A program made the translations under genes and the position numbers. The notes under the pieces are model-generated. The model saw only the letters and a program-made list of their open reading frames with translations. It had not been told where the DNA came from and made no database searches. This document shows, piece by piece, positions 17,698 through 27,351 of a stretch of DNA of 64,000 bases. How positions within the stretch are numbered: position 1 is the stretch's first letter; every line of letters starts with the position of its first letter. Origin of the DNA: an uncultured virus (IMG/VR IMGVR_UViG_3300003364_000021) (Duplodnaviria > Heunggongvirae > Uroviricota > Caudoviricetes); the IMG/VR virus record IMGVR_UViG_3300003364_000021, positions 1 through 64,000 of that record. One strand, written 5' to 3'.

Positions 17698-17894
17698 ACG
17701 CCCCCGAACTCAACCGCTGGAGCCCCGATGAGATGCTGCGCCTCGCGGCCTCGGGCGTGGCCAAGGTGGACCTCCTTGGTCCGCGCGGCAGCACACTCTG
17801 CTCGATGGACGAGATCGCCGCCATGGCCGCCGTCTGCGCACTGCATGGCGTGGGTCCGCGCCTGCTTTCAACACCCCCTTCAACAGGAGAGTAA
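17694..17894 (+). CDS. Phage hypothetical protein
   Basis: Near-identical homolog at 56690. Confidence 0.6.
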   Translation: MNAPELNRWSPDEMLRLAASGVAKVDLLGPRGSTLCSMDEIAAMAAVCALHGVGPRLLSTPPSTGE

Positions 17895-17895
17895 A

Positions 17896-18546
17896 ATGTC
17901 TGAATTCACCCCTCATCACATCCCGGACGGACGCCGCGAGATCGACGGCAATATCTATATGGGCGACGGCCGGGGCGGCTGGCAGCCTCTGGAAACGGTC
18001 AAGCCGCAGCATCTGCTCGAGGATGAAACCGTGCGCAAGATCGTCAGCTACGGCCTGCCGCTGTCCGAACAGGTCAAGCGCTTTAAGGCACACACTTTCG
18101 ACGACATCAGCGCCTTCGAGGCGATCCTTGCTCAAGAATACGACGCAAGGATTGGCGGCAAGAAGGGCAACAAGACGCTGATGAGCATCGACCAGCTCTA
18201 CAAGGTCGAGGTGCGCGTGTCCGACCGGATTGATTTTGGCCCCGAATTGCAGACGGCAAAGCAGCTCTTCGACGAGTGTCTGAACGAGTGGTCCGCAGAG
18301 GCGCGCGCCGAGTTGCGTGGCCTTGTGACCGATGCCTTCAACACTGACAAGCAGGGCCAGATCAACCGCGCTCTGATCTTCATGCTCCTGCGCCGTGACA
18401 GCACCGATGCACGCTGGAAACGTGGGCAGGACGCAATCCGCGACGCGATGCGCACCGTCGGCTCAAAGACCTACGTGCGCTGCTGGCACAGGGCGGCACA
18501 TGATGCGTCATGGGAGCCGATCACCATCGATCTGGCGAAGGTCTGA
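17896..18546 (+). CDS. DUF3164-like Mu-phage protein
   Basis: GGKKGNKTL, AKQLFDECL..W, AF.TDKQG.IN motifs. Confidence 0.8.
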   Translation: MSEFTPHHIPDGRREIDGNIYMGDGRGGWQPLETVKPQHLLEDETVRKIVSYGLPLSEQVKRFKAHTFDDISAFEAILAQEYDARIGGKKGNKTLMSIDQLYKVEVRVSDRIDFGPELQTAKQLFDECLNEWSAEARAELRGLVTDAFNTDKQGQINRALIFMLLRRDSTDARWKRGQDAIRDAMRTVGSKTYVRCWHRAAHDASWEPITIDLAKV

Positions 18547-18550
18547 GGGA

Positions 18551-19003
18551 ATGAACCGCGCGCTGCAACAACTGATCTTCGCGGCTTGCCGCCAGTTGGG
18601 GCTCGACGAGGACGCGCGCCGCGATTTGCAGGTCAGCGTCACCGGCAAGGTCAGCTTGCGCGACATGAACGACGGCGAGCTGCGGTTGATCGTTAACCGG
18701 CTGAAGCAGGCCGGGTTCGAGGACAAGCCCCACAACCCGCGCCACAAGCCCGCACCGCGCGCCGATCTGCGCATGATCCATGTACTCTGGCGCAAGCTCG
18801 GCCAGTCGGGCGCGTTGCGCGACCCCTCCCGCGCCGGGCTCAACAAGTTCATCCGCGCTCGGTTCGGAGGCGTCTGGGGATCGGTCCCGGCCGACGTCGA
18901 CATGCTGCGCGAGTGGAAGCTGATCGACGACGTGATCCAAGCGCTCAAGTCTTGGGGTGAGCGCGCCCAGATCGACTTTGACTGGGAGGATCACCGCCGG
19001 TGA
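18551..19003 (+). CDS. gemA: GemA (DUF1018) regulatory protein
   Basis: LGLDED.RR...TGK.SL.DM and IQALK motifs; Mu synteny. Confidence 0.85.
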   Translation: MNRALQQLIFAACRQLGLDEDARRDLQVSVTGKVSLRDMNDGELRLIVNRLKQAGFEDKPHNPRHKPAPRADLRMIHVLWRKLGQSGALRDPSRAGLNKFIRARFGGVWGSVPADVDMLREWKLIDDVIQALKSWGERAQIDFDWEDHRR

Positions 19004-19251
19004 AAAAGCCCCGCCACCCCGCCTCTGACCATGCCGTGATCCGCTATCTCGAGCGGGTCAAGGGCATGGATATCGACGCGGTGCGCCGCGAGATCGGGCG
19101 CGTGGTGGATCAAGGTCTCGAGGCCGGAGCCTGCGGCGTGATCAGCGGCGGGTTCGTCTACAGGATCGAGGGCGGCTGCGTCGTGACCATCACCCGGCGG
19201 CACACCCAGCCCCCGGGGCGGCGGCGCAGGAAGGCCCCCCATGGAGCGTGA
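19000..19251 (+). CDS. Phage hypothetical protein
   Basis: SDHAVIRYLERVKG motif; homolog at 58891. Confidence 0.7.
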   Translation: MKKPRHPASDHAVIRYLERVKGMDIDAVRREIGRVVDQGLEAGACGVISGGFVYRIEGGCVVTITRRHTQPPGRRRRKAPHGA

Positions 19252-19630
19252 ACCCTCTTGGATTGACGAGATGCGCGCCGATCTGGGCGACACCCCGGTC
19301 GAGCGGTTCCTGTCGCGCGTAGGCGGTATGCGGCTTTATGTGCCTGGCACCCGCCTTGCCGACAGCCTCCTAGTGACGCTGGCGGGTCGGGATATTGCCA
19401 GATGGATTTCCGCCCGCTACGCTGGCGAATATCTGGACGTGCCCTCGGGCCGCGCTCAGGCCCGGGAGGGGCTCAAACAAGCCCTGCGCGAGGCCCCGGA
19501 TACGCCGGTTAATGAACTGGCCAACCGTTTCGGCGTCACCGCCCGCCGCGTCTTGCAGGTCAAGGCGGAGCTGGCAGAGGAGGAAGAACCACCCCTCCTC
19601 AAGGTCATGCGAAAGGCTTCATCTGAATAA
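19241..19630 (+). CDS. Mor/C-like transcription activator
   Basis: GGMRLYVP and C-terminal HTH; precedes lysis genes. Confidence 0.75.
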   Translation: MEREPSWIDEMRADLGDTPVERFLSRVGGMRLYVPGTRLADSLLVTLAGRDIARWISARYAGEYLDVPSGRAQAREGLKQALREAPDTPVNELANRFGVTARRVLQVKAELAEEEEPPLLKVMRKASSE

Positions 19631-19652
19631 GCTTTGCGGCCCCCTTTATCCT
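19610..19652 (+). promoter_or_regulatory. Putative late promoter (Plys-like)
   Basis: CGAAAGGCTTCATCTGA with TATCCT 37 nt downstream; same layout at 27303 and 59501. Confidence 0.6.
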
Positions 19653-19672
19653 GACGGGAAAGGGGGGCACCC

Positions 19673-20284
19673 ATGCAAACAGTCCGAACCATTGCCGAAG
19701 AGATTGTTGCCCGCGAGGGCGGCTTTGTGAATGACCCGGCCGATCCCGGTGGGGCCACCAATTTTGGCGTCACGATCCACACCATGCGCAGCCTCGGTCT
19801 TGATCTCGACCGGGATGGCGACGTGGACGTGGCCGATGTTCGCCTTATGACCCGCGCCCGCGCCGTCGATATTTTCATCGAGCATTATTTCGTGCGGCCA
19901 CGCATCGCGGAACTGCCCGAGGCGCTGCAGGCGAGCGTGTTCGACATGCAGGTCAACGCCGGGTCCAATTCCGTGAAAATCCTGCAGCTCCTTGTGACAG
20001 AGATGGGCTTTCCCGCCACTGCCGACGGCGCAATCGGACCGGCGACCCTGCGCGCGGTGCAGGCCGCCCATGACGCGGCCCCCGCCCATATCGCCGACGC
20101 CTACGCGATTGCCCGGCGCAACTACTATTTCCGCCTCGCCGATGCGCGGCCCGCAAGCCGCAAGTTCGCGCGCGCCCGCGCAGGCGGCAAAGGCGGCTGG
20201 ATCAGGCGCGCCGAGGAATTCATGGCAGCGCGCTACCGCATGTCCGACGCAGATTTCAAACAAAGGGTGGTATCATGGGGCTGA
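19673..20284 (+). CDS. Glycosyl hydrolase 108 endolysin
   Basis: EGGFVNDPADPGGATNFGVT. Confidence 0.92.
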   Translation: MQTVRTIAEEIVAREGGFVNDPADPGGATNFGVTIHTMRSLGLDLDRDGDVDVADVRLMTRARAVDIFIEHYFVRPRIAELPEALQASVFDMQVNAGSNSVKILQLLVTEMGFPATADGAIGPATLRAVQAAHDAAPAHIADAYAIARRNYYFRLADARPASRKFARARAGGKGGWIRRAEEFMAARYRMSDADFKQRVVSWG

Positions 20285-20847
20285 TCCGATTACTGGGCGC
20301 GCTCTTTGGTGGCGGGCGCAATGTCATTGCCGAGACGGCGGAGGTCTTTCGACCCAATGCCGAGGCGGCGGATGCGCGCGAGGCGTCCTTTCAGCAAGCT
20401 GCCCTTTCGCAGATGGCTGCGGAGTTCGGCCATGGCAACAACTGGTGGTCAGCGCTGATCGACGGGCTCAACCGCCTGCCGCGCCCGGCCATGGCTTTTG
20501 GCTGCATCTTTCTCTTCTGGTCGGCCATGTCGGACCCGATCTGGTTTGCCGAGCGCATGCAGGGCCTCGCCCTGGTCCCGGAACCGCTCTGGGCGCTGAT
20601 GGGTGCCATTGTCGCGTTCTACTTCGGCGCGCGCGAGCTGCACAAGTTTCGGGGCGTCTCGATGCAGAAAGAGGCCGTCCGGATCATCGCACAGGCCCCC
20701 AAAGTGGCAAGCAACATCGCCCAGTTGCGGGCGCTGCGGGCGGATAGCCCGGGCGCGGCCGATACGGGACCGGACGCCGAGGTAGCGCTGGCTGCTGTCG
20801 CTACAAGCGACAATCTGGCGATTGATGACTGGAAGCGCGCGGCATGA
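20275..20847 (+). CDS. Holin (3TM, GTA-holin-like)
   Basis: DGLNRLPRP...FYFGAR; follows endolysin. Confidence 0.8.
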   Translation: MGLIRLLGALFGGGRNVIAETAEVFRPNAEAADAREASFQQAALSQMAAEFGHGNNWWSALIDGLNRLPRPAMAFGCIFLFWSAMSDPIWFAERMQGLALVPEPLWALMGAIVAFYFGARELHKFRGVSMQKEAVRIIAQAPKVASNIAQLRALRADSPGAADTGPDAEVALAAVATSDNLAIDDWKRAA

Positions 20848-21188
20848 TGGACTGGGATCTCTTCTGGAAGGCCTCGGGTGTCATCTTACCAGTGATTGTG
20901 GCCATCTACACCTTCATCGCCACCCGTCGCAAAGACCTCGATCAAAGGCTGGAGGCGGGACACGAGCGTATGGACCGGCACGAGGCGCGGATCTCGCGGC
21001 TTGAGCAGTCGGTCCAGAACATGCCGGGCAAGGATGACATGCACTCGCTGCAGCTCGAACTCGTCAGACAGACCGGATCAATGGAGAAGATGGCGGCTGT
21101 CATGGAGGGCAACGCCATGATCACCGCGCGGCTAGAGGCCATCGTGTCACGGCACGAACAACACCTGCTAAACGGAGGCAAGACGTGA
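20844..21188 (+). CDS. DUF2730-like membrane/coiled-coil protein
   Basis: N-terminal TM plus coiled coil; Mu synteny. Confidence 0.7.
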   Translation: MMDWDLFWKASGVILPVIVAIYTFIATRRKDLDQRLEAGHERMDRHEARISRLEQSVQNMPGKDDMHSLQLELVRQTGSMEKMAAVMEGNAMITARLEAIVSRHEQHLLNGGKT

Positions 21189-21487
21189 GCGATTATCAGG
21201 CAACCTTGCGCAAACACCGCCGCCTCGCAATCCTGCGGCATCTCGAACAGGTCTCGGGCTACACCGCCAATGCCTCGATCCTGCGCGACGTCCTCAATGG
21301 CGTGGGCGTGGGTTCAACCTTTGACCAGGTGACCACCGAACTGGCATGGCTGCAGGAGGTGGGCATGGTCACCGTCGCCGATCATGGCGACTTTGTCATT
21401 GCCGAGGCCACACGGCGCGGCATCGAGGTCGCGCGCGGCGAGGCGGTGCATCCGGAGATCCAGCGCCCAAGCGCACGGAGGCTCTGA
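21185..21487 (+). CDS. Mu gp26-like protein
   Basis: RRLAILR.L...GY.AN, L.WL.E.G motifs. Confidence 0.75.
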   Translation: MSDYQATLRKHRRLAILRHLEQVSGYTANASILRDVLNGVGVGSTFDQVTTELAWLQEVGMVTVADHGDFVIAEATRRGIEVARGEAVHPEIQRPSARRL

Positions 21488-21488
21488 C

Positions 21489-22058
21489 ATGCCCCCACCC
21501 CGCAAGGTCGAGCTGCTCCCCGCCGAGCTTCGCCAGTGGCTGCACGACTGGTGGAAGGCGAAAGGGTTTCACGGCTATGAGGAACTTGCCGAGGAGTTGA
21601 ACTTTCGCCTCGCCGAAGACGGGCTCGAGCTGCGCATCGGCAAGAGCGCGCTGCATGCCTATGGGCAGGAATACGAGCAATTCGTCAAGCTGCAGGACGA
21701 GGCCGGAGCCTGGGCGCAACAATGGCTGGCCGACAATGACCTCTCCGAGGAAGCCGACCGTCACCGCGTCCTCTTCCAGATGATGACCAGCGTGGCCTTC
21801 AAGGTCCTGAAATCGCAGATGAGCAAGGAGGGCGAGGATATCGACCCACGCGAGCTGCACTTTCTGGGCAAGATGATGAAGGACATCATGTCGAGCGCTG
21901 GCATCCGCGAGCAGCTGATGGTCAAGGAACGCGCCCGCATCGCGGCCGAGGAACGCGCCAATGCCGTCGAAGCATTGGACAGTGCCCGCGATGAGCTGGG
22001 ACTATCGAGCGACGTCATCGGCAAGCTGCGTCGCGAGTTTCTGGGGGTGCGCGCGTGA
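21489..22058 (+). CDS. DUF3486 / Mu gp27-like small terminase subunit
   Basis: KVELLP.E...IGKSALH.Y motif; precedes terL. Confidence 0.8.
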   Translation: MPPPRKVELLPAELRQWLHDWWKAKGFHGYEELAEELNFRLAEDGLELRIGKSALHAYGQEYEQFVKLQDEAGAWAQQWLADNDLSEEADRHRVLFQMMTSVAFKVLKSQMSKEGEDIDPRELHFLGKMMKDIMSSAGIREQLMVKERARIAAEERANAVEALDSARDELGLSSDVIGKLRREFLGVRA

Positions 22059-23704
22059 CAGAGCCGGTCCTCACCCGCGACCCCGACGCCCTGCCCGAAG
22101 AACTGCCGCGCGGCTCGGAGATCCCCGAGAGCCTCGATCCGCTGGCCGACGGCATTCTGATGGCCCATCAACGCAGCTGGCTTGCGGATGAGAGCGACCT
22201 CAAGGTCTGCGAAAAGGGCCGACGCACCGGCATCACCTTTGCCGAGATGCTGGGCTGCGCGCTCATTGCCGCCGCCGCGCGTGGTGCGGGCGGGCAGAAC
22301 TGTTTTTACATCGGCGACACCAAGGACAAGGGTCGCGAGGCCATCGGCTATGTCGCGCATTTCGCGCGGGTGATTGCCGGAGCAGCACACCCCATCGAGG
22401 AGTTTCTTTTTGAGGATCAACAGCCCGATGGCACCACTAAGTTCATCAACGCCTACCGGGTGCGCTTTGCCTCCGGGTTCCGCGTAGAGGCGCTGAGTTC
22501 CAACCCGGCCAATATCCGAGGCCTTCAGGGTACCGTGGTGATCGACGAGGCGGCCTTCCACAAGGACGTGCGCGAGGTGATCGATGCGGTGAACGCCATG
22601 CTGATCTGGGGCGGCAAGGTCCGGATCATCTCGACCCACAACGGCTATCTCAACGCCTTCAACGAATTGATCCGCGAGGCGCGCTCGGGCAAGAACGGCT
22701 TTAAGGTCCACCGCTACACCTTCGGCGATGCGGTCGCCAACGGGCTCTATAAACGCGTCTGCATGATGCAGGGCAAGGCGTGGGGCGCGGAGGCCGAGGC
22801 GGAGTGGGAGGGCACGATCCGGCGCTCCTACGGGGCGCGCGAAGCCGCCATGCGTCAGGAACTCGATGCCGAACCCGCCGAGATGCAGGGCGCGGCACTG
22901 ACGCGCGTCCAGATCGAGGCCTGCATGGCGCAGGGCATCCCGTTCCATCGCTGGACGCAGCCCGACAGTTTCAAGAATGCCGACGAGGCGGTGCGCAAGG
23001 CCGCCGCCGTTACCTGGTGCAAAACCCACCTTGAACCCGTGCTTGAAACCCTCGATCGAACCCGGCCGCATTTCATGGGCGAGGACTTTGCGCGCTCGGG
23101 TGACGCGACCGACATCATCATTCTCGAGCAGGGCGTCGATCTCACCCGGCGCACCAAGCTCATCGTCGAGCTGCGCAACATCCCCTTCGATCAGCAGCGC
23201 GACGTGCTCTTCTGGTTGCTCGACCGGCTGCCCAATTTCCAAAAAGGCGCGATGGACCGCACCGGCAACGGGGCCTATCTCGCCGAGGTCGCGGCCCAAC
23301 GCTACGGCGCGCGGATCGTCGAGGTGGCCTTCACGCGGCAATGGTACGAGCTCGAGATGCCGCCTTATATCGAGGCCTTCTCGGATCGCACCATCGTTCT
23401 GCCCGCGCATGAGGACGTGCTGCGCGACCATCAGGCGCTGCAATACACCAACGGCATCATCCGCGTGCCTGAGAATTTCCGCTTCAAAGGATCGGACGGG
23501 CTCGACCGGCACGGCGACAGCGCCATCGCAGGCGCGCTCGCCTGGTATGCGAGCAATCAGGACGTGGTGCCGATGGAGTTTCAATCGACCGGACGGCGCA
23601 CCGCCCTGACGGCCGAAGACTTTATCAGCCCGATGGGCGGACGGCGCATGGGCTTTGCCAGAGGCGGCGGGGGCTTGGATTTTGGAGGGTTCTCGGATGG
23701 CTAG
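22055..23704 (+). CDS. Terminase large subunit (Mu gp28-like)
   Basis: KGRRTGIT, VIDEAAF, IISTHNG, GEDFAR, HGD. Confidence 0.93.
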   Translation: MTEPVLTRDPDALPEELPRGSEIPESLDPLADGILMAHQRSWLADESDLKVCEKGRRTGITFAEMLGCALIAAAARGAGGQNCFYIGDTKDKGREAIGYVAHFARVIAGAAHPIEEFLFEDQQPDGTTKFINAYRVRFASGFRVEALSSNPANIRGLQGTVVIDEAAFHKDVREVIDAVNAMLIWGGKVRIISTHNGYLNAFNELIREARSGKNGFKVHRYTFGDAVANGLYKRVCMMQGKAWGAEAEAEWEGTIRRSYGAREAAMRQELDAEPAEMQGAALTRVQIEACMAQGIPFHRWTQPDSFKNADEAVRKAAAVTWCKTHLEPVLETLDRTRPHFMGEDFARSGDATDIIILEQGVDLTRRTKLIVELRNIPFDQQRDVLFWLLDRLPNFQKGAMDRTGNGAYLAEVAAQRYGARIVEVAFTRQWYELEMPPYIEAFSDRTIVLPAHEDVLRDHQALQYTNGIIRVPENFRFKGSDGLDRHGDSAIAGALAWYASNQDVVPMEFQSTGRRTALTAEDFISPMGGRRMGFARGGGGLDFGGFSDG

Positions 23705-25190
23705 AAAAACCGGCACAATGCGGCTGCGCTCGGTTCGGCTGCGCAACCCGATGGAGCTGTCGGGCATCCAGCACGGGCGCGACATCACCCGACCATGGAT
23801 CGGCCCGCTGCTGGAGCCGACGGACCCGATCCTGCGCACGCGCGGCGGCGGCAGTTTCGACATCTACAAGCCGATCCTGACCGACCCGCAGGTCAAATCA
23901 GTGATGACGCAGCGCATCTCGGCCGTGACCAGCCGGGAATGGGAAGTGGTGCCGGGCGAGGAAACGGCGGCGGGCAAACGCGCGGCCGACTGGCTGCGCG
24001 ACGAGCTTTCGGCCATGAAATTCGACCGCCTGACCGAGAAGATGCTCTGGGGCCTCTTCTATGGCTATTCCGTCGCCGAACAGATGTTTCGCCGCGACGG
24101 GCAGCTTTGGGGCTGGGAGGAAATCCGCGTGCGCGACCGGGTGCGGTTTCGCTTTGATGAGGAGTGCGGCCTGCGCCTGCTGACCATGTCCAACATGCTC
24201 ACAGGCGAGGAAATGCCACCCGAGAAGTTCTGGGTCTTCTCGACCGGCGCGGATCACGACGACGAACCTTACGGCTTAGGCCTCGCGCATTGGCTCTACT
24301 GGCCGGTCTGGTTCAAACGCAACGGGCTGAAGCTCTGGCTGATCGCCCTCGACAAATTCGGCATGCCGACCGCACGCGGCAAATACCCGTCGCAAGCCAC
24401 TGAGGCCGAGCAAAAGAAACTGCTAGAGGCCGTCATGGCCATACGCTCAGAGGCCGGGATCATCATTCCCGAGGGCATGGATATTGAGCTTTTGTCAGCG
24501 CCCTCGGGGGCAAGTTCGCTGGATTACCAGAAACTGCACGACACGATGGATGCCGCCATCTCGAAGATCGTGCTGTCCCAGACCATGACCACCGACAATG
24601 GCTCCAGTCGGTCGCAAGCCGAGGTGCATGACGACGTGGGCGACGCCGTCAAGAAATCCGACGCGGATCTCGTGTGCCAATCCTTCAACGAAGGGCCGGT
24701 GGCGCGGCTTTGCGGTTTCAACTTCCCCGGTGTCGCGCCGCCAAGGGTGTGGCGCAAGATGGAGGACCCGGAGGATACAACCGCCGCCGTCGACCGCGAT
24801 GAAAAGCTGCATCGGATCGGCTGGCAGATGACCGAAGACCGCGTCAAGGAAATCTACGGCGACGGCTATGAGCGCGCCACGCCCCCGGAGAACACACCGC
24901 CAGACGAGGACACGCCCGAGGCCGGTTTCGCCGAACATGACGGCGCGCTCGACGGCCCTGTGGGCGATCTGGCAGACCGGTTGGCGAACGAGGCGTCGGT
25001 GCCGATGCTGGCGATGCTCGAACAAATCGAGGCGATGCTGGAGACGTCGACCAGCCTTGCGGAGTTCCGCGAGCGGCTGCTGGCCGGGTTTCCGGACCTG
25101 GACGATGCAGCACTCCGCGACGTGATCGCGTCGGCCCTCACGGCGGCGCATGCCGGAGGCCGCGCCGCGTTGGAGGAAGATAGTGGCTGA
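23697..25190 (+). CDS. Portal protein (DUF935, Mu gp29-like)
   Basis: PYGLGL...KFGMP..RGKY; ISKIVLSQTMTT. Confidence 0.92.
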   Translation: MARKTGTMRLRSVRLRNPMELSGIQHGRDITRPWIGPLLEPTDPILRTRGGGSFDIYKPILTDPQVKSVMTQRISAVTSREWEVVPGEETAAGKRAADWLRDELSAMKFDRLTEKMLWGLFYGYSVAEQMFRRDGQLWGWEEIRVRDRVRFRFDEECGLRLLTMSNMLTGEEMPPEKFWVFSTGADHDDEPYGLGLAHWLYWPVWFKRNGLKLWLIALDKFGMPTARGKYPSQATEAEQKKLLEAVMAIRSEAGIIIPEGMDIELLSAPSGASSLDYQKLHDTMDAAISKIVLSQTMTTDNGSSRSQAEVHDDVGDAVKKSDADLVCQSFNEGPVARLCGFNFPGVAPPRVWRKMEDPEDTTAAVDRDEKLHRIGWQMTEDRVKEIYGDGYERATPPENTPPDEDTPEAGFAEHDGALDGPVGDLADRLANEASVPMLAMLEQIEAMLETSTSLAEFRERLLAGFPDLDDAALRDVIASALTAAHAGGRAALEEDSG

Positions 25191-26442
25191 TCTCGGCGCG
25201 ACGTTTCGCCGTCCCTTCCGCGAGCAGATCGCCGCCTTTCGCCTGCGCCTGGGCGATCTCGTGCCGACGGCGCGGTGGGATGACATCACCCTCGCCCAGC
25301 ACGACCGGGCTTTCATGGTGGCAGGGGCACAGAAGGCCGACCTCTTGGCGGATCTGGCGGCCTCTGTTGATAAGGCCATCTCGCAGGGCACGTCTCTGGA
25401 AGAGTTCCGCCGCGATTTTCGCGCCACCGTCACCCGACGCGGCTGGCACGGCTGGACCGGCGAAGGCAGCACGCGCGGCGAGGCATGGCGCACGCGGGTG
25501 ATCTACCGCACCAACATCGCGACCAGCTACGCGGCCGGGCGGATGGCGCAGCTCATCGAGGGCAATTTTGCGTTCTGGGTCTACCAGCACGGCGGCTCAA
25601 CTGAGCCGCGCCTGATCCATCTTGGCTGGGACGGGCTGGTCTTGCCACCTGATCACCCGTTCTGGATCACGCATGGCCCGCCCAACGGCTGGGGCTGCAG
25701 CTGCTACGTGATCGGCGCGCGCTCTGAGGACGGCGCACGTCGTCGCGGCGGCGACCCGGACAAGCGCCTGCCCGACGACTGGCAATCCCGGGATCCGCGC
25801 ACCGGCGCGCCGAAAGGGATCGACAAGGGCTGGGATTACACGCCCGGGGCCAGCACCGTGGACGAAATTCGCACGATGGCGGCCAAGGTCGTCGATTGGC
25901 GGTATAACCTCGCGGTGGCCTACATGGCCAGCCTCCCGGACCGGACCCGCGATCTTCTGGTCGAAGGATACCGAGGCCTGCCGTCATTGGCTGACAATAT
26001 CCGGCGCTACGCAGCGCGCGTCGAGACCGCGAACACCCAAGCCGCACGGAAGACCATTTCCGAGCGGGAGCCGATCCAGTCCCTCGGGTTGATGACTACC
26101 ACTCAGGCCCGGCTCAACCGCGAGGGTGCGCGGCGCGATCTAGACCGCTACGACGTGGCCGTTGACGCGGATTCCATCCGTCATATTTTTGCACGCCACG
26201 GGAACCCAGAGCGCGAGGCCTCCCGTGGGCAGATAGCGGTCACCCCGGAAGACTTGGGACGGTTGCCCGAGATATTCCAGCGCCCAGACAGCTTTGAATG
26301 GACGGATGCCCGTAGCGTGCAGTCTCGGGTCTTGCGTCTGACTAAGACTATCGGCGCACGGCGCTATGTCGCGCATTTCGTCGCGCGACCGCGACGCCAG
26401 CGGCTCGTACTCTTGACCTATTGGGTGGAAAATATCGGCTGA
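25183..26442 (+). CDS. MuF minor head protein with C-terminal PBECR-like extension
   Basis: AFMVAG, IYRTN, DHPFW..H.PPNGWGC.C; C-terminal IRHIFARHG...EDL..LPEI..PD. Confidence 0.85.
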   Translation: MADLGATFRRPFREQIAAFRLRLGDLVPTARWDDITLAQHDRAFMVAGAQKADLLADLAASVDKAISQGTSLEEFRRDFRATVTRRGWHGWTGEGSTRGEAWRTRVIYRTNIATSYAAGRMAQLIEGNFAFWVYQHGGSTEPRLIHLGWDGLVLPPDHPFWITHGPPNGWGCSCYVIGARSEDGARRRGGDPDKRLPDDWQSRDPRTGAPKGIDKGWDYTPGASTVDEIRTMAAKVVDWRYNLAVAYMASLPDRTRDLLVEGYRGLPSLADNIRRYAARVETANTQAARKTISEREPIQSLGLMTTTQARLNREGARRDLDRYDVAVDADSIRHIFARHGNPEREASRGQIAVTPEDLGRLPEIFQRPDSFEWTDARSVQSRVLRLTKTIGARRYVAHFVARPRRQRLVLLTYWVENIG

Positions 26443-26521
26443 CCCCTCCCGTACGCCCAGACGCGTTCCCGCAACCTGAATGCGGTGGGTGGATGCACAG
26501 CCGACAGAAAGGAGAATAGCC

Positions 26522-27037
26522 ATGATCACCGTCGAAATCAATGAAGAGGAAATCACCCAAGCGCTCGCCCGCGTGTCCGCTGCCCTCACCGACATGACCC
26601 CTTTGATGCAGGATATCGGCGAACTGATGGTCAATAGCACGCGGGAGAACTTCAAAGACGGCACCGATCCGGATGGCAATCCTTGGGCACCCAAGAGCCC
26701 GGCCACGCTCGAGGCGTACCGGCGGCGGGGCGACGGCCAGCCCACCCGGCCCCTGATCGGCCCCTCGCGCATCCTGTCGACCACAATCAATGCCGAGCCA
26801 TCGGCGGACCGGGTCGCATGGGGTTCGAACGTCATTCAGGCCGCCGTGATGCAGTTCGGAGCCGAGGCCGGGGCGTTCGGCGCGCGCGCCGGGCGGGACA
26901 AGAATGGGCGCGAATTCATGATATCGATCCCGTGGGGAGACATTCCCGCACGTCCCTATCTCGGGGTCGGCGATGAGGACGCCGACTCCATCGTCGCCAC
27001 CATCGAAGAGTATTTGGACAGTGCCGCCGGACAGTGA
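26522..27037 (+). CDS. Virion morphogenesis protein (Mu G-like)
   Basis: PDG.PW, QFG, IPARPYLG motifs. Confidence 0.88.
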   Translation: MITVEINEEEITQALARVSAALTDMTPLMQDIGELMVNSTRENFKDGTDPDGNPWAPKSPATLEAYRRRGDGQPTRPLIGPSRILSTTINAEPSADRVAWGSNVIQAAVMQFGAEAGAFGARAGRDKNGREFMISIPWGDIPARPYLGVGDEDADSIVATIEEYLDSAAGQ

Positions 27038-27302
27038 TTTGCACCCCGCTTCAGGGCTAACAGGGCCAAATTTCTCTGAGAGCGGGGCCTGCAACCCGGC
27101 CTTTGTCCCGCAATGGCCTCTGAGCGCCTCATTAAATACCCCTTTAATACCCCCCTCGGGGATTTTGCGACCCAACCCCCGCCAGAGGTATGAGCGCACT
27201 CAGTGGGGCGTTCAGTGGCCTTGTGCATTCCGGGCTTGCCGCGCCCACCCCTCGGGCGCTACTCTGATCCAAGGCGGCCTCTGCACCAGGACCGCTTTCC
27301 CC

Positions 27303-27345
27303 TGAAGTCCTTCATCTGATCTGGCCCGTCGCCCCGGCTTAATGT
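27303..27345 (+). promoter_or_regulatory. Putative late promoter (PI-like)
   Basis: TGAAGTCCTTCATCTGA dyad, TAATGT 37 nt downstream. Confidence 0.6.
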
Positions 27346-27351
27346 CGGGTC

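Noticed and set aside
19673..20847. Gene transfer agent because of GTA-like holin/endolysin
   Set aside because: Embedded in a full Mu-type genome with MuA/MuB and Mu head genes.
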